NCBI GenBank assembly: GCA_963706795.1
Contig: OY970170.1
Span: 1,080,001-1,112,000, forward strand
Length of the DNA stretch: 32,000 nucleotides
Direction: 5' to 3'
Source: Candidatus Saccharimonadota bacterium
GTDB lineage: Bacteria > Patescibacteriota > Gracilibacteria > BD1-5 > UBA2023
Shown here: piece by piece, positions 1 to 10,909 of the stretch
Layout: each line of letters starts with the position of its first letter
Numbering within the stretch: position 1 is the stretch's first letter
Position numbers and translations under genes: made by a program
Notes under the pieces: model-generated
The model's input: the letters and a program-made list of their open reading frames with translations, nothing else
The model's database searches: none
What the model was told of the DNA's origin: nothing

Positions 1-428
1 ATGCCGATGGCCAGCATGCGATTACTGACATGCCAAAATTCCTCAAAGCCTTCGAAGTCGATCCACAGCTCGATATTGTCTTTGGCTCACGTTTTGTTAT
101 CAAAACCGACTCCAATGTCCCATTCTTCCGCCGCATCATCCTCTGGGGAGGGAAGTGGTTTACATGGGCTATTTCGGGGATTAAACTCACCGATGCACAT
201 AATGGGTACCGCATGCATACCATCGGTGCCATCCGCAAAATAATGCTCACCATGGACGGCATGGAATACGCATCCGAACTTATCGAACAAGTGCGTATCA
301 ATGAGCTAAAATTTACTGAGGTTCCAGTGAATATCTTGTATGACGAATATACCATGAAGAAGGGGCAAAGGTACGGTGGAGCAATGAGAATCGCAGCGAG
401 AATTATTTGGAAGAAATTTTTTGGATAG
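1..428 (+). CDS. Glycosyltransferase family 2, C-terminal part (5' end lies outside the window)
   Basis: Frame 3 is open from base 3. The translation ADGQHAITDMPKFLKAF...KLTDAHNGYRMH...GMEYASELIEQV resembles GT2 enzymes of the polyprenyl-phosphate sugar transferase type. It ends at TAG 426-428. Confidence 0.75.
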   Translation, partial: ADGQHAITDMPKFLKAFEVDPQLDIVFGSRFVIKTDSNVPFFRRIILWGGKWFTWAISGIKLTDAHNGYRMHTIGAIRKIMLTMDGMEYASELIEQVRINELKFTEVPVNILYDEYTMKKGQRYGGAMRIAARIIWKKFFG

Positions 429-429
429 C

Positions 430-2592
430 ATGAATCATTCTGCGATTCTTGTCACTGGTTGACTAGGATACATAGGCTCACACGCAGTCGTTGCACTTGA
501 AGAAGCTGGATTTAAAACGATTATCATAGATAGTCTCGTAAATTCATCTATCGCATCACTGAATGGCATAGAGGATATCTTGGGATATCGTCCCGTTTTT
601 TTTCGTGGTGACTTTGGCGATAAAGAACTCTTAACCAAGATATTCCACGACTACGATATTGAGCTCGTAGCACATTTTGCTGCACTAAAAATCCCAAAAG
701 AAAGCTGTTACGAACCCTTTCGTTATTACGAAAATAATGTCGTAAGCACTATTGAGCTTGTGCGCGTAATGGAACAGTTCTGAGTCAAAAAGATTTTGTT
801 TTCTAGTTCAGCAGCAGTATATCACCCAAATAACATCAGCCCCATCACTGAGGACTGAAGGACTGGCGCTGAGCATCCATATGCGGGAACTAAACTTGTT
901 TGCGAGCGGATACTCGAGGACTTAGCTCGTCATGCAGATTTTTCGGTGGTCGCACTGCGATACTTCAACCCTGTCTGATCTCATATTTCTGGTAAAATTT
1001 GAGAAACGCCATCAGGTACTCCGGCGAATCTTTTCCCATATGTGCTTGATGTGGCAGCAGGGCTACGAGACACTGTTTTTATTTATGGGGAAGACTACGA
1101 TACGAGAGATGGTACAGGAGTACGAGACTATATTGACGTCAATGATCTGGTTGATGCACATGTACTTGCCGCGAAGCGACTATGTACTGATTGGGGAAAT
1201 CCTGGATTTCAAACATTCAATCTTTGAACCGAAAAAGGCACATCTGTCCGTGAGCTTATCCATGCGGTCGAAAAAGAATCGGGCAAAACTATTCATACAA
1301 CCTCTGCGCCACGAAGACTAGGTGATCTAGGTGAAGTCTATGCGTCCTTTGATAAGGCAAAAAAGATGCTTGGCTGGTATCCCAAGCGAAGCTTGATTGA
1401 ATCAGTTGCAACTGGTTGGAACTTCCGGAAATTTCGCGAAACCAATTCACTTCTCCTCTCTGTGTCACAATCATATAAACTCCTTCATGTACTCCCGTAT
1501 TTTCCTCCACATAAAGGGGGGTTGGAGGCGGTGGCAGAAGAAATCTCGCGTAATCTTGTTGCGTATAGATTTGCTGAGGTCTGTAATCTAACTTTTGATG
1601 TAGGGCAGACTTCAGAAGATTATATGATTGATGGATATCGAGTAATTTCGATTCCTGCATTTGAAATGGTTCACAATTTCCCATTCCCTAAATTCTGGAC
1701 TCCTCGTTTTTGGAAAGCCCTAAAAAAGGCGAAGGATTTTAATCCTGATGTCATTCAGACACACACTCGTTTCTTTCTCTCGACTTTTTTGGGTGGAGTT
1801 CTCTCAAAGCTTTGGAAAAAACCTTGGGTCCACATTGAGCATGGAAGTGGATTTGTTGTACATTCCAGTGGATTTATTGCAAAGGCTGCATATTTCTATG
1901 ACCAAATTCTGGGGAAGTGGAGTATTAAAAATGCAGATCGCGTTGTTGCTATTAGTGATGCTTGTGCAAAATTTGTTCAAGAAAAACTTAAAGGTCGTGA
2001 GACCGATGTTATATACCGATGATTTGATCTTCAGGTATGAGAATGGTCACCATCTACTGGGGTAGTTCGCATTGCCTTTGTTGGCCGTCTCGTTTCACTC
2101 AAGGCTGTAGATAATTTATTGCGAGTTCTCGCAAAGATTGCAAAAACTCAGCAATTTCAGTGTATGATCGTGGGCGATGGTGACGAAAAATCAAAACTTG
2201 AAGCACTTACAAAAGAATTAAATCTCACTGATCGAGTTCAGTTCCTCGGCTCAAAACCACGTGAGTGGATTGCTACGGAACTTCTCCCAAACACGGATAT
2301 CTTTGTAAATCCAAGTCTTCAAGAAGGGCTCCCTACAACGGTTATTGAAGGCCTTGTTGCTGGATGTGTAGTAGTGGCAACAGATGTTGGTGGTACCACT
2401 GAAATTTCTTCTGAGGATGATCTCATAATTGCTCAACCAGGCGATGAAATGTCGCTCTTCGAGAAGCTCTCATTTGCTATACAATACCATGAAAAACTCC
2501 ATTGAATCTCCCGTAAGTCAGTCACTCAAAAATTTGATGCCCGAGAGAGTATGCGAAAGTTTCTGACAGTTTATAAATCAGTAGTGAAGTAG
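430..2592 (+). CDS. galE: UDP-glucose 4-epimerase (GalE) fused in frame to a GT4 glycosyltransferase domain (about 720 aa under table 25)
   Basis: Starts at ATG 430. GalE motifs are ILVTG[TGA]LGYIGSH (Rossmann GxxGxxG, TGA 460-462), PYAGTK (YxxxK) and RYFNPV[TGA]SHISGKI[TGA]ETPSG (TGA 976-978 and 1000-1002). There is no TAA or TAG before 2590-2592. From about 1462 the sequence is GT4-like (KLLHVLPYFPPHKGGLEAV ... NPSLQEGLPTTVIEGLVAGCVVVATDVGG). It carries nine in-frame TGAs. Confidence 0.8.
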
Positions 2593-2620
2593 ATATTGCT
2601 ACACGCAAATTTCTTTAGAA

Positions 2621-3709
2621 ATGAAAAAAATTCTTGTTTTTAATTTGACTCCTCGGCTTTGAATGCTGCACTACAGTAGTCAATTTTCAAACGAGCTTGC
2701 GAAGGGATCATTAGTTTGAGTAGTCATTGCTGATTACTACGACTGATTTTTATATGACAAAAGTATTCAGCTTTTTAAAATCAAGACAGATCCAAGTCCA
2801 ATTGCATTCATATTTAATACGTTAGCATTCTGGCGGCATTTTGTGCTCTTATGGCAAATTATTCGATTTAAACCGAATATAGTGCACTTTATAGATAATC
2901 ATCCTTGGTATGTAGTGTATTCAAGCGTACTAAAAGTACTTGGATTGAAGATTTTTGTTACACAACATGATCCCATTCCTCATTCTTGAGAGTCCTCAGG
3001 TCTTCATGCAAAAATTGCAATCTCTGTTAATGTTCATCTTGCAAAAATAGCAGATAGACTTGTACTTCATTCTCAAGAGTTTTGCCTTGCAGTATCAAAA
3101 AAATATCAAATTGCTACGGAAAAGATCGTTGTAGTTCCTCATGGTACATATGATTTTTTTACTCGATGGGAAGAAGGTTTACCAACCAAAAGAAATGCTA
3201 TTCTCTTCTTCTGAAGAATAGTTGAATATAAATGACTCGATGTACTACTTGAGTCTCTCGCCATTGTGACGGCAAGTATTCCGGATGTACAACTTTTTAT
3301 TGTTGGCTCTGGTGATATTTCAAAATATACTGCACTAATTGAGCGTTATAAACAAAATATCACTCTCGTACATAGGGAAATTTTGGACAATGAAGTGCAT
3401 ACATATTTTGAGACTTGCGAGCTCGTGGTCTTGCCGTATCTCGATGCAACAGCGTCAGGCATTATACCTATTGCATATGCTTTTGGTAAGCCAGTACTTG
3501 CTACAAATGTCTGAGCATTGAAACAGTTTGTTTTGCAAGATATAACTGGATGTCTTGTCGAACCATGAGATGCACAAAAACTCTGAAATCAAATTCAGAT
3601 GATGCTCAATCAGCCACAAAAGCTTCAAGCTCTTGGTATGAATGCTAGAAAATGGAGCGAGGAAAATTTAGGCTGGTGAGATATCGTTGCTAAGATATAC
3701 CCTAAATAA
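2621..3709 (+). CDS. Glycosyltransferase family 4 (group 1)
   Basis: Runs from ATG 2621 to TAA 3707-3709 with ten in-frame TGAs. Starts MKKILVFNLTPRLG. The C-terminal GT4 core is FFGRIVEYKGLDVLL...LVVLPYLDATASGIIPIAYAFGKPVLATNVGALKQFV. Confidence 0.8.
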
Positions 3710-3743
3710 TGAGGCTTAATGAGATAGATTTTTTAATATAAAG

Positions 3744-4394
3744 ATGATGTACATTACTTATACCACGATGCTCATCAATCTCGTAAAGACTGAGGATGAG
3801 CTTTGGCAGCAAATAGGAAACTTGCGGACTGATGTACGCAAGGCATTAAAAAATGGCGTTGAAGTTTACTATACACCCTCCTCCGAAGACAGGCAACAGG
3901 CTTTGAATTTGTATCTAGAAATGATGAAAAAAAAATATTTACCTGTTGAAAAAAGCTTTAGCCTTGAAGGACAAAGAATGATTATTGCAAAGAGTTGAGA
4001 TACTGTTATTTCATATATTGCTTTTTCAGAGTCTTCATGAGTTGATCAATTAGGGAAGGCAAAAATTGCCGCATTTCAAACAATTGCAACAGATGATGCA
4101 TATAAAGGACTTTCACCGAACACACTTCTCTACTGGGAAGCAATTAAGTATCTTAAGGCTGAATGATTTGAATACCTAAATTTCAACGGTGTATCATATC
4201 AATATTGAAATGAATATTTGAATCATCTCGCCTTCTTTAAGAGAAAATGGAATGGATTAGAGATAGAATGTATTTCTCATAAGTCCTTCTTTAGCTACGT
4301 GTACTGGCGATTTTTTCGTAGGTATGCGTTTGTAAGAAAACTCATGTTCAAACTGCTTTTGCTTTTACTGCCAGGTAGATATCTCAATTATTAA
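3744..4394 (+). CDS. FemAB-like / BioF2-like GNAT acyltransferase-domain protein (tentative)
   Basis: Runs from ATG 3744 to TAA 4392-4394 with four in-frame TGAs. It has the pattern LRTDVRKALKNGVEV...YLNFNGVSYQYGNEYLNHLAFFKRKWNG, which is typical of FemAB-family or PF13480-type proteins. It is short (216 aa), so the call rests on family resemblance only. Confidence 0.45.
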
Positions 4395-4397
4395 ATA

Positions 4398-5456
4398 TTG
4401 ATACATATGGCACCGGCACAAAAATTTGTCTCAATTATCTGGGGGTATCACAAGCAGATATTTACCTTTACCAGAGAACAAAACTACCATCTTCTCCCCG
4501 TAGAAGTAATGAGCAAGAAGGGATATGTATGTGAAATTTTTGCAATTGATTCTCAGGTGGAGATCGAGAAAGATCCTAATTTCCCAAAGAATACAAAGGT
4601 TATTTATTATTCAGGGTTCACTAAATATATAGGGTATCTTTGGCAAAATAGACAGTCGCTTGTTTATGTCAATTCACTCACTCTCAAGACATTATTTTCA
4701 TCGCTCATTCTGAGGCGCTCTATATTTATGGCGCATGATCAAGTCCTTCCTCTTGCGAGTAAAAGATTCAAAAGAATTGTTACACTTTTTTTCTATCGTT
4801 TTTTTTCAAAAATTAGGGTTATTAATAGCGCTGAATGAAGCTTGTTACAGGGTTATGGCATACCTTACTTCATTCTACCAATTCCTATCGCACAAGATTT
4901 TTATGAACCCCGCTTAGAAGAACGTAAAGATCTCGCATTCGTAGGGAATCTTACCTACGATAAAAATCCAGAATTCCTCATCCAGGCAATGGATATACTT
5001 AAAAAAGTATATCCTGAAGTGGTGTTGCATGTGTTTTGAGAAGATAGATATTTGAGCTCTACAGGTAAAAATTTTAAGCAACTTGTAAATGATTCTCAGC
5101 TATGAATGAATATCATTCTCCATGGTTTTCAGGCACAAACTGTAGTTCGAGATTTTTTGAAGCATACACTTATCTATGTTAACTCTTCACTTTCAGAAGG
5201 TCAGTGCTTGGCAGTTTTTGAAGCTGCACTTGCTGGTTGTGCTTTGTGTATACCTCCGATCCTATCTTTCCCAACTGTCTTTAGAGATCATGCGCTCTAT
5301 CATCAGGACGCTGCCCAACTGGCAGAAAATATATCTTTTTATTTAGAAAATAATCAACAGATGCGTTTTCATATCTGAGAGAACCAGAAAATGATTTTGG
5401 AAAGTTATAGTTTCGCTTACCTTGTATGAAAAATGGATAGTCTATTTGAGGTATAA
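4398..5456 (+). CDS. GT4-like glycosyltransferase
   Basis: The frame is open from TTG 4398 (first ATG at 4407) to TAA 5454-5456, joining three track ORFs across TGAs at 4836, 5037, 5103, 5376 and 5427. Motifs: DLAFVGNLTYDKNPEFLIQAM and YVNSSLSEGQCLAVFEAALAGCALCIP. Confidence 0.65.
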
Positions 5457-5473
5457 TCAGAGAGTTTCTCACC

Positions 5474-6586
5474 ATGAAAATCGCCGTTTTCGCTCAGAAT
5501 ATGTTTCCCCCTTGGATAGAGGGAATTAAAAATAACTCTCTTTTTTTGTGCTCTGAGCTTACAAAATACTTGGATCTTGTGGTTATAAGTCACCAAAAGC
5601 CAGGAGCACCAATAACTTCTCAACTCAATTGATTTCCTGTAATACATCTTTTAAAGGTCTATGAGAATAGATTATTGCAGTGTATCGAGTTTTTTCTTTG
5701 AGGTCTAAGATGTTTGTTTTTTCTCATACAAGAAAAAATCTCCATCGTATCTTTTCAGTACCTTGAAATCTCGTTCATACTTCCAATGTTCTTTGTTGCG
5801 ATTTTTAGACCAAAAACTTCTTTTATTCTCACACTGTATTCATCTGATGAGCTCAGACATTGGTATAAAAGATGGACACTTTTCTTATTGAAATCAAAAT
5901 TCAAAAAGATTATCATTATTTCTGAATATCTCAGAGATGAGGTTCGAAATTTTGGTTTTTTAGACGAAGATATTGTCTATATTCCGCTTTCTTTTGATAA
6001 AGAAAGATACCTCAGAGCATCTGACTTTGAAAAGAGAGACAAAAATCTCTTACTTTTTTCCGCTGGACCAATAGAAGAGGCTGGATCATTTTTGTTGGTG
6101 GATGTTGCAAAGAAAATGCCAGAATTTCGCTTCATTTTTGCTATGCGTCAATTTAACAAACGCAGCGAGATGGAAATGGCTCTCCTTGAAGAATATATTG
6201 ATGCTCACTGAGTTAAAAATATCGAGATCCTTCGGAATATTGATAACATGGAAGAGTTGCTTTCAAAGGTTTGAGCGCTAGTATTACCACTTCAGACAAT
6301 CGACATAAAAATGCTTATCCCAGTGGCTCTCCTTGAAGCCATGGCACGCGGAACAATTTGTTTTGTATCTAATCTCCCTAATTTACAGGCACTAGTTACA
6401 GATTGACAGGATGCTGTAATCTTTGATCGTACAAATGCCGATGATCTGGTGAGTAAAATTCGTAAATATTCAAATAAGCTTTCAATTTCGGTATGAGCGT
6501 ATGAATTTGCACAACAATTTCCCTCATACAAAGAAATTGCCGAAGAGTATGTTCATCTCATTCAAAAAACAGCATGATCTATCTAA
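5474..6586 (+). CDS. GT4-like glycosyltransferase
   Basis: Runs from ATG 5474 to TAA 6584-6586 with seven in-frame TGAs. Starts MKIAVFAQNMFPPWIEGIKNNS. The C-terminal part, LLLFSAGPIEEAG...LVLPLQTIDIKMLIPVALLEAMARGTICFVSNLPNLQALV, fits the GT-B fold. Confidence 0.65.
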
Positions 6587-7587
6587 ATGTCCATGGACTA
6601 CGCGTCCTCGTTCGAGTTAACTGCATGTCATTATCTAATGCAATTAGCTCTTACTATAGAATTTTTTTAGTGGATCCATTTTCAACATTTGACATGGAAG
6701 TGGATATGCGGCGCTATTGATATTTTTGATCGCCTGCTTCACTTTCATCCGATGACGATGACGTTGTTATATGAGATTATATAAAGATAAATCCGAAAAA
6801 GCATACGTATGCTTTTTCGAATATTGAGATCAGTGGAGTGATTGAATTTCAAGATAATTTACCTATTCGAGTTACTGGTAATCTTAAGCCACACAAAGTT
6901 CGTCACTGGGTTAATATTCTTCTTCAGGGGTTTTCGCGCATAGATAAATACTATAATCGCTTTGCAATTAAAACTCTTCTCCATGATCCTATTTTTATAG
7001 AGTTAGAGAAACGCTTCCAGATGGTGATTCTTCATTCAACAGCAGTGACTGATGGACAGAGCACTTATCTTTTTACAGGACTCGGCGGCAGTGGAAAGTC
7101 TACTATGGCTGCGACTTTTCAAAAGGCAGGGTATATTATACTTTCTGACAATTACGCTCTCGTAAAAGGTAATACCTTATATCCATTCCCCGAACTTCCT
7201 CGAATTACTAAGGAAACTTCAGATTTGCTTGGTATAAAGAAAGGAGAGAAGGCAGATGGTATAAAGACATATCTGGTGAATAATCTGGATAATATTAAAA
7301 AGGAATACCCAATCACTGCAATCTTCCAATGTTCCTATGGTGCTCACTTTAAAATAGAAGAGTTTAAAGATAGTGCTTTAGTTTTTGAAATTCTCTTTTC
7401 TATCAATAATTACACGAAGGAATTTCCAGAGTATTGAAATCTTGGAATGCTCAGCCTTCTTGGAAAGTATAATACTTGAGCGAAACGCATTGAATCCCTG
7501 CTTGCCGTAGCATCACTTAATAGAACATTTTTGCTTGAGAACACAGCCGATTTATCTAGAGTTGTCGAGATAATAAAAAATGTATAA
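6574..7587 (+). CDS. HPr kinase-like (HprK-related) P-loop protein
   Basis: Starts at ATG 6574, overlapping the upstream gene by 13 nt, and ends at TAA 7585-7587. The core LHSTAVTDGQSTYLFTGLGGSGKSTMAATFQKAGYIILSDNYALV matches the HprK C-terminal domain pattern (H-x-x-A-V, then G-x-S-G-x-GKS-T, then G-x-x-L-x-S-D). It carries five in-frame TGAs. Confidence 0.55.
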
Positions 7588-8566
7588 ATTTTCTCATTTT
7601 CCTACGCCAGTGCCTCTGGACGAATACATGCACCAGCAGGCTGCGTGTATCTGTATGCTCAAGGAACTTTTTGGGTCTAAATTGGTCTCTATCTATATGA
7701 TTGGAGAAATGGGGCTTGAGGGGGTGTCAGATATTGATTTACTTGTAGTATACCGTGGTGAAGATCATAAAAAAGTAATCAGTCAAAACATTGGCTCATT
7801 GCCTCTAATTGATATGCCATTGCTTATATTGGAAACTGATGTGCATAATCTAGCACTCTATACTCATCACGTAGACTTTGAGTATCTGTATGGCAAAAAA
7901 CTAGATACTATGGAGCAAGAGCTCCCTAGGGAATATCTGCTCATCTATACATGGAAAATACTTTTCATGTCATTACTTCGGAATTTTTATCCTGTTATTT
8001 TTTCAAAAAGCATCCCCGTTAAACAGTTGCTGTCTCATATTTATGACATACGTTATCCTATATTATTTTTAGGGAGAATTTCATCATCGAATATGAGCAA
8101 ATACATGGATTTTCTTGATCGCTATAGTGTATTTCGAAAGAATTGGTACTCTAATCCGGATACTTCAGTTCTAGTGGCATTTTTACAGGAAGCAATAGAT
8201 CTTTCGTGGGAATTGATCTATCTTTTTACTGACAGTATGCCCTCAGTGTGAGTTTCTATAAGTCATGTGCTGTGAGGTAGGTATCCAACTATTTTTCTTG
8301 AACTACCAAAAGAAAAATATCGTGCACTTACCGAAAGGTACTATGCTACTATTTCTAAGAGAGATAGATTCTTGGTTATGCCTCGACAGTTTGACAGTGA
8401 ACATTGGCCAATAGAATATCAGGCTATACTGCATAATCTTCTTAAGGTAAATCCAGGTTTTCTGAGAACAAGCTTCAGTAGTATTACTCTGAGACTTGCC
8501 TTAAAGATAAAAAAAGTAGTGGATTTTATTAAAATTAGCTGGTTTATGCTGTATGAAAAAAATTAA
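7580..8566 (+). CDS. Nucleotidyltransferase-fold (Pol-beta superfamily) protein
   Basis: Starts at ATG 7580, overlapping the upstream gene by 8 nt, and ends at TAA 8564-8566. The NTase signature is LVSIYMIGEMGLEGVSDIDLLVVY (G-x-x-G then SD-I-D-L-L-V), followed by a helical C-terminal region. Two in-frame TGAs, at 8249 and 8273. Confidence 0.5.
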
Positions 8567-9605
8567 GTACCTGATGAATGGTTTTCAGTTTCAGTATCTG
8601 TTATTTTCAAAATATTTATCAGACCGATTTGATTTTGCATTTAAAGTGCCGGAATCAGGAAAGTTTACTCCAGGTTACTCTTATATCCCACGCAATCTCC
8701 TGTTATTAAAAAATCTCTATCGTAGGCGAGAAGTGCAGCAGTACGATATAATACAGATTAATAACACAGAAAATTTTCTTAACTTTAAGCCAAATCCACA
8801 CCAGGTATCCATTGCTGAATCGCACGGATTTGATTTTGGAGTGAACTATTCCAGATATTTGGAAGATGAAAAAAGTCCTATCAAATACGCTCTTGGCTGG
8901 ATTATTGATAAGCTTTTGGGATCATGGATTCGAAAAAAAATTCAGCAATTTGATCTCTATTACTGCTCAACTCCAGATATGCAGGAGCCTCTTTCTCGCC
9001 TTGTTCGAGAGGATGTGAAATGGCTTCCAAATCCAGTGGACACTGCTACGTTTACTCCCGAATGAGAAGTTATAAAACTCATGGGTGAGCCTGCATTTTT
9101 TTTCCCAACGCGATTACACGGTGATAAAAAACCGGAAATTGCCATTGATATATTTAAAAATCAAATCAAGCCACTCTATCCAAATGCTACTCTCCATTTA
9201 CTAGAGTGGTGATATGAAGTTCCTAAATATAAAAAACTTTTAAATGATCCAAATACCTATTTTTGGCATGGATTTATGGATAAGAGTACCTTGGCTTCAA
9301 AAATTAGATGAAGTGATTTTTGTTTCGGAGACTTTAGTATTGGCGGGTTAAGTCTCATGCCAATGCAAATTATGGCTTGTAAAAAACCAATTATCACGTA
9401 TGACATACACGAAATTATTCATGTACCACTTACTGGAATATCTGAATATACTATGAGTATCCTATGAGATGAAAAACTTCGTAATGCTCATGTGTCTCGA
9501 AATTATGAGTATGTACAATCAGTGCATTCAGAAGAAGCAGTCATAAAACAACATCTATCCTATCTTGAGCCTTTTGTATTTAAAAAGCTCGGTATAAAAT
9601 TATAA
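8553..9605 (+). CDS. Putative glycosyltransferase (GT-B-like C-terminal half)
   Basis: Starts at ATG 8553, overlapping the upstream gene by 14 nt, and ends at TAA 9603-9605. The stretch FFFPTRLHGDKKPEIAIDIF...GDFSIGGLSLMPMQIMACKKPIITYD resembles the nucleotide-sugar-binding half of GT1/GT4 enzymes. Four in-frame TGAs. Confidence 0.5.
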
Positions 9606-9627
9606 GTTTGTATACTCTTTGTATTCT

Positions 9628-10236
9628 ATGAAAAAAGTTTTAGCAATTGGGCCACATCCAGATGATATTGAATTAGGGTGTTTCGGAACTATGTGTAAAT
9701 ATGCAGAAAAGGGCTATGAAGTACACTTTCTTGTTCTTTGTAGGGGTGAAGCGTGAACTGCAAATGGCGATCGCACGCAGGAAGCTAAAAATGCCGCCTC
9801 GCTTCTTAAATGTAAGCTCTATGTAGAAAATCTCAAAGATCGCTATATTTCTGAATGACCAGAAACAATAGCCACTATTGAAAAATATATTAAGGAGATC
9901 AATCCTGATACTGTTTTTATTCCGTCAGGAAATGATACGCATCAGGATCACCGAGCAGTCCATTTTGCAGCACTTGTAGCTACGCGTCTAACGAAGGAAA
10001 TCTTTGTGTACCAGTCTCCAAGTACGACAATTAATTTTAAGCCAAATTATTACGTCGATATTACGCCATACATGGACACTAAAATGGAGGCAGTGAAGAT
10101 TCATTCTACACAAGGCTGAAAGGTGTATATGGCTGATCGAGCTATTCAAGGGCTTGCCGAGTATCGTGCATTTGATATCTTTTTGAATGATCGATATGCT
10201 GAGGCATTCGAGCTTCTTAAGTTTGTAGAACTGTAA
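9628..10236 (+). CDS. PIG-L / LmbE family N-acetylglucosaminyl deacetylase
   Basis: Runs from ATG 9628 to TAA 10234-10236. Starts MKKVLAIGPHPDDIELGCFGTM (the PHPDD-E-x-G motif) and has a downstream HQDH metal-binding motif. Three in-frame TGAs. Confidence 0.85.
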
Positions 10237-10237
10237 T

Positions 10238-10909
10238 ATGATTTGTTCTATACATCAGCCGAATTACATACCCTACTTAGGACTATTCAATAAGATTGCA
10301 CAGTCTGATGTTTTTGTGTTTTACGATATTGCACAGTATACCAAAGAGGACTATCATCAACGCAATACAATCAAAGGTTCTAGTGGGCCTATACGCCTCT
10401 CCTTGCCAGTATCTGTGCATCTTGGTATGACGATTAAAGAGGTTACCTTTGACCAAAGAGTACTCGAGAAACACTGGAAAACCTTTGAAATGAATTATAA
10501 AAAAGCTCCATTTTTCGAAGTGTATAAAGACATTCTCAGAGGTATATATTCATATGAATGAAATAATCTCTCAGAATTTAATTGTAAGACTATAGAAACT
10601 ATTTGTGGCCTTTTAAACATAAACACAAAACTTGTACTTTTGTCTGATATTTTGCCATCACTGCAAACAAAGAGCACCGATGCGCTTATAGAAATATGCC
10701 AGGCAGTAGGAGCTGATAAGTATATTTCTTGAGCTGGATGAAGAGGATACGTGAATGAAAATACATTTACGAATGCACGTATTGCTTTAACATTTCAAGA
10801 TTTTAAGCATCCCGTATACTCTCAGCTTTGGTGAGACTTTTTGCCGTATATGAGCATCCTTGATCTACTTTTAAACGAAGGTGAAAAAAGTAGTGTCTTC
10901 GTCTACTAA
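10238..10909 (+). CDS. WbqC-family protein (glycan modification, function unknown)
   Basis: Runs from ATG 10238 to TAA 10907-10909. The sequence MICSIHQPNYIPYLGLFNKIAQSDVFVFYDIAQYTKEDYHQRNTIK...KHWKTFEMNYKKAPFF is a close match to the WbqC-like family pattern. Four in-frame TGAs. Confidence 0.8.

Noticed and set aside
1-243. An 80-aa frame-1 ORF at the window start
   Set aside because: It overlaps the frame-3 GT2 coding sequence, which has clear family motifs. The frame-1 translation is Ser-rich with no similarity to anything I recognise.
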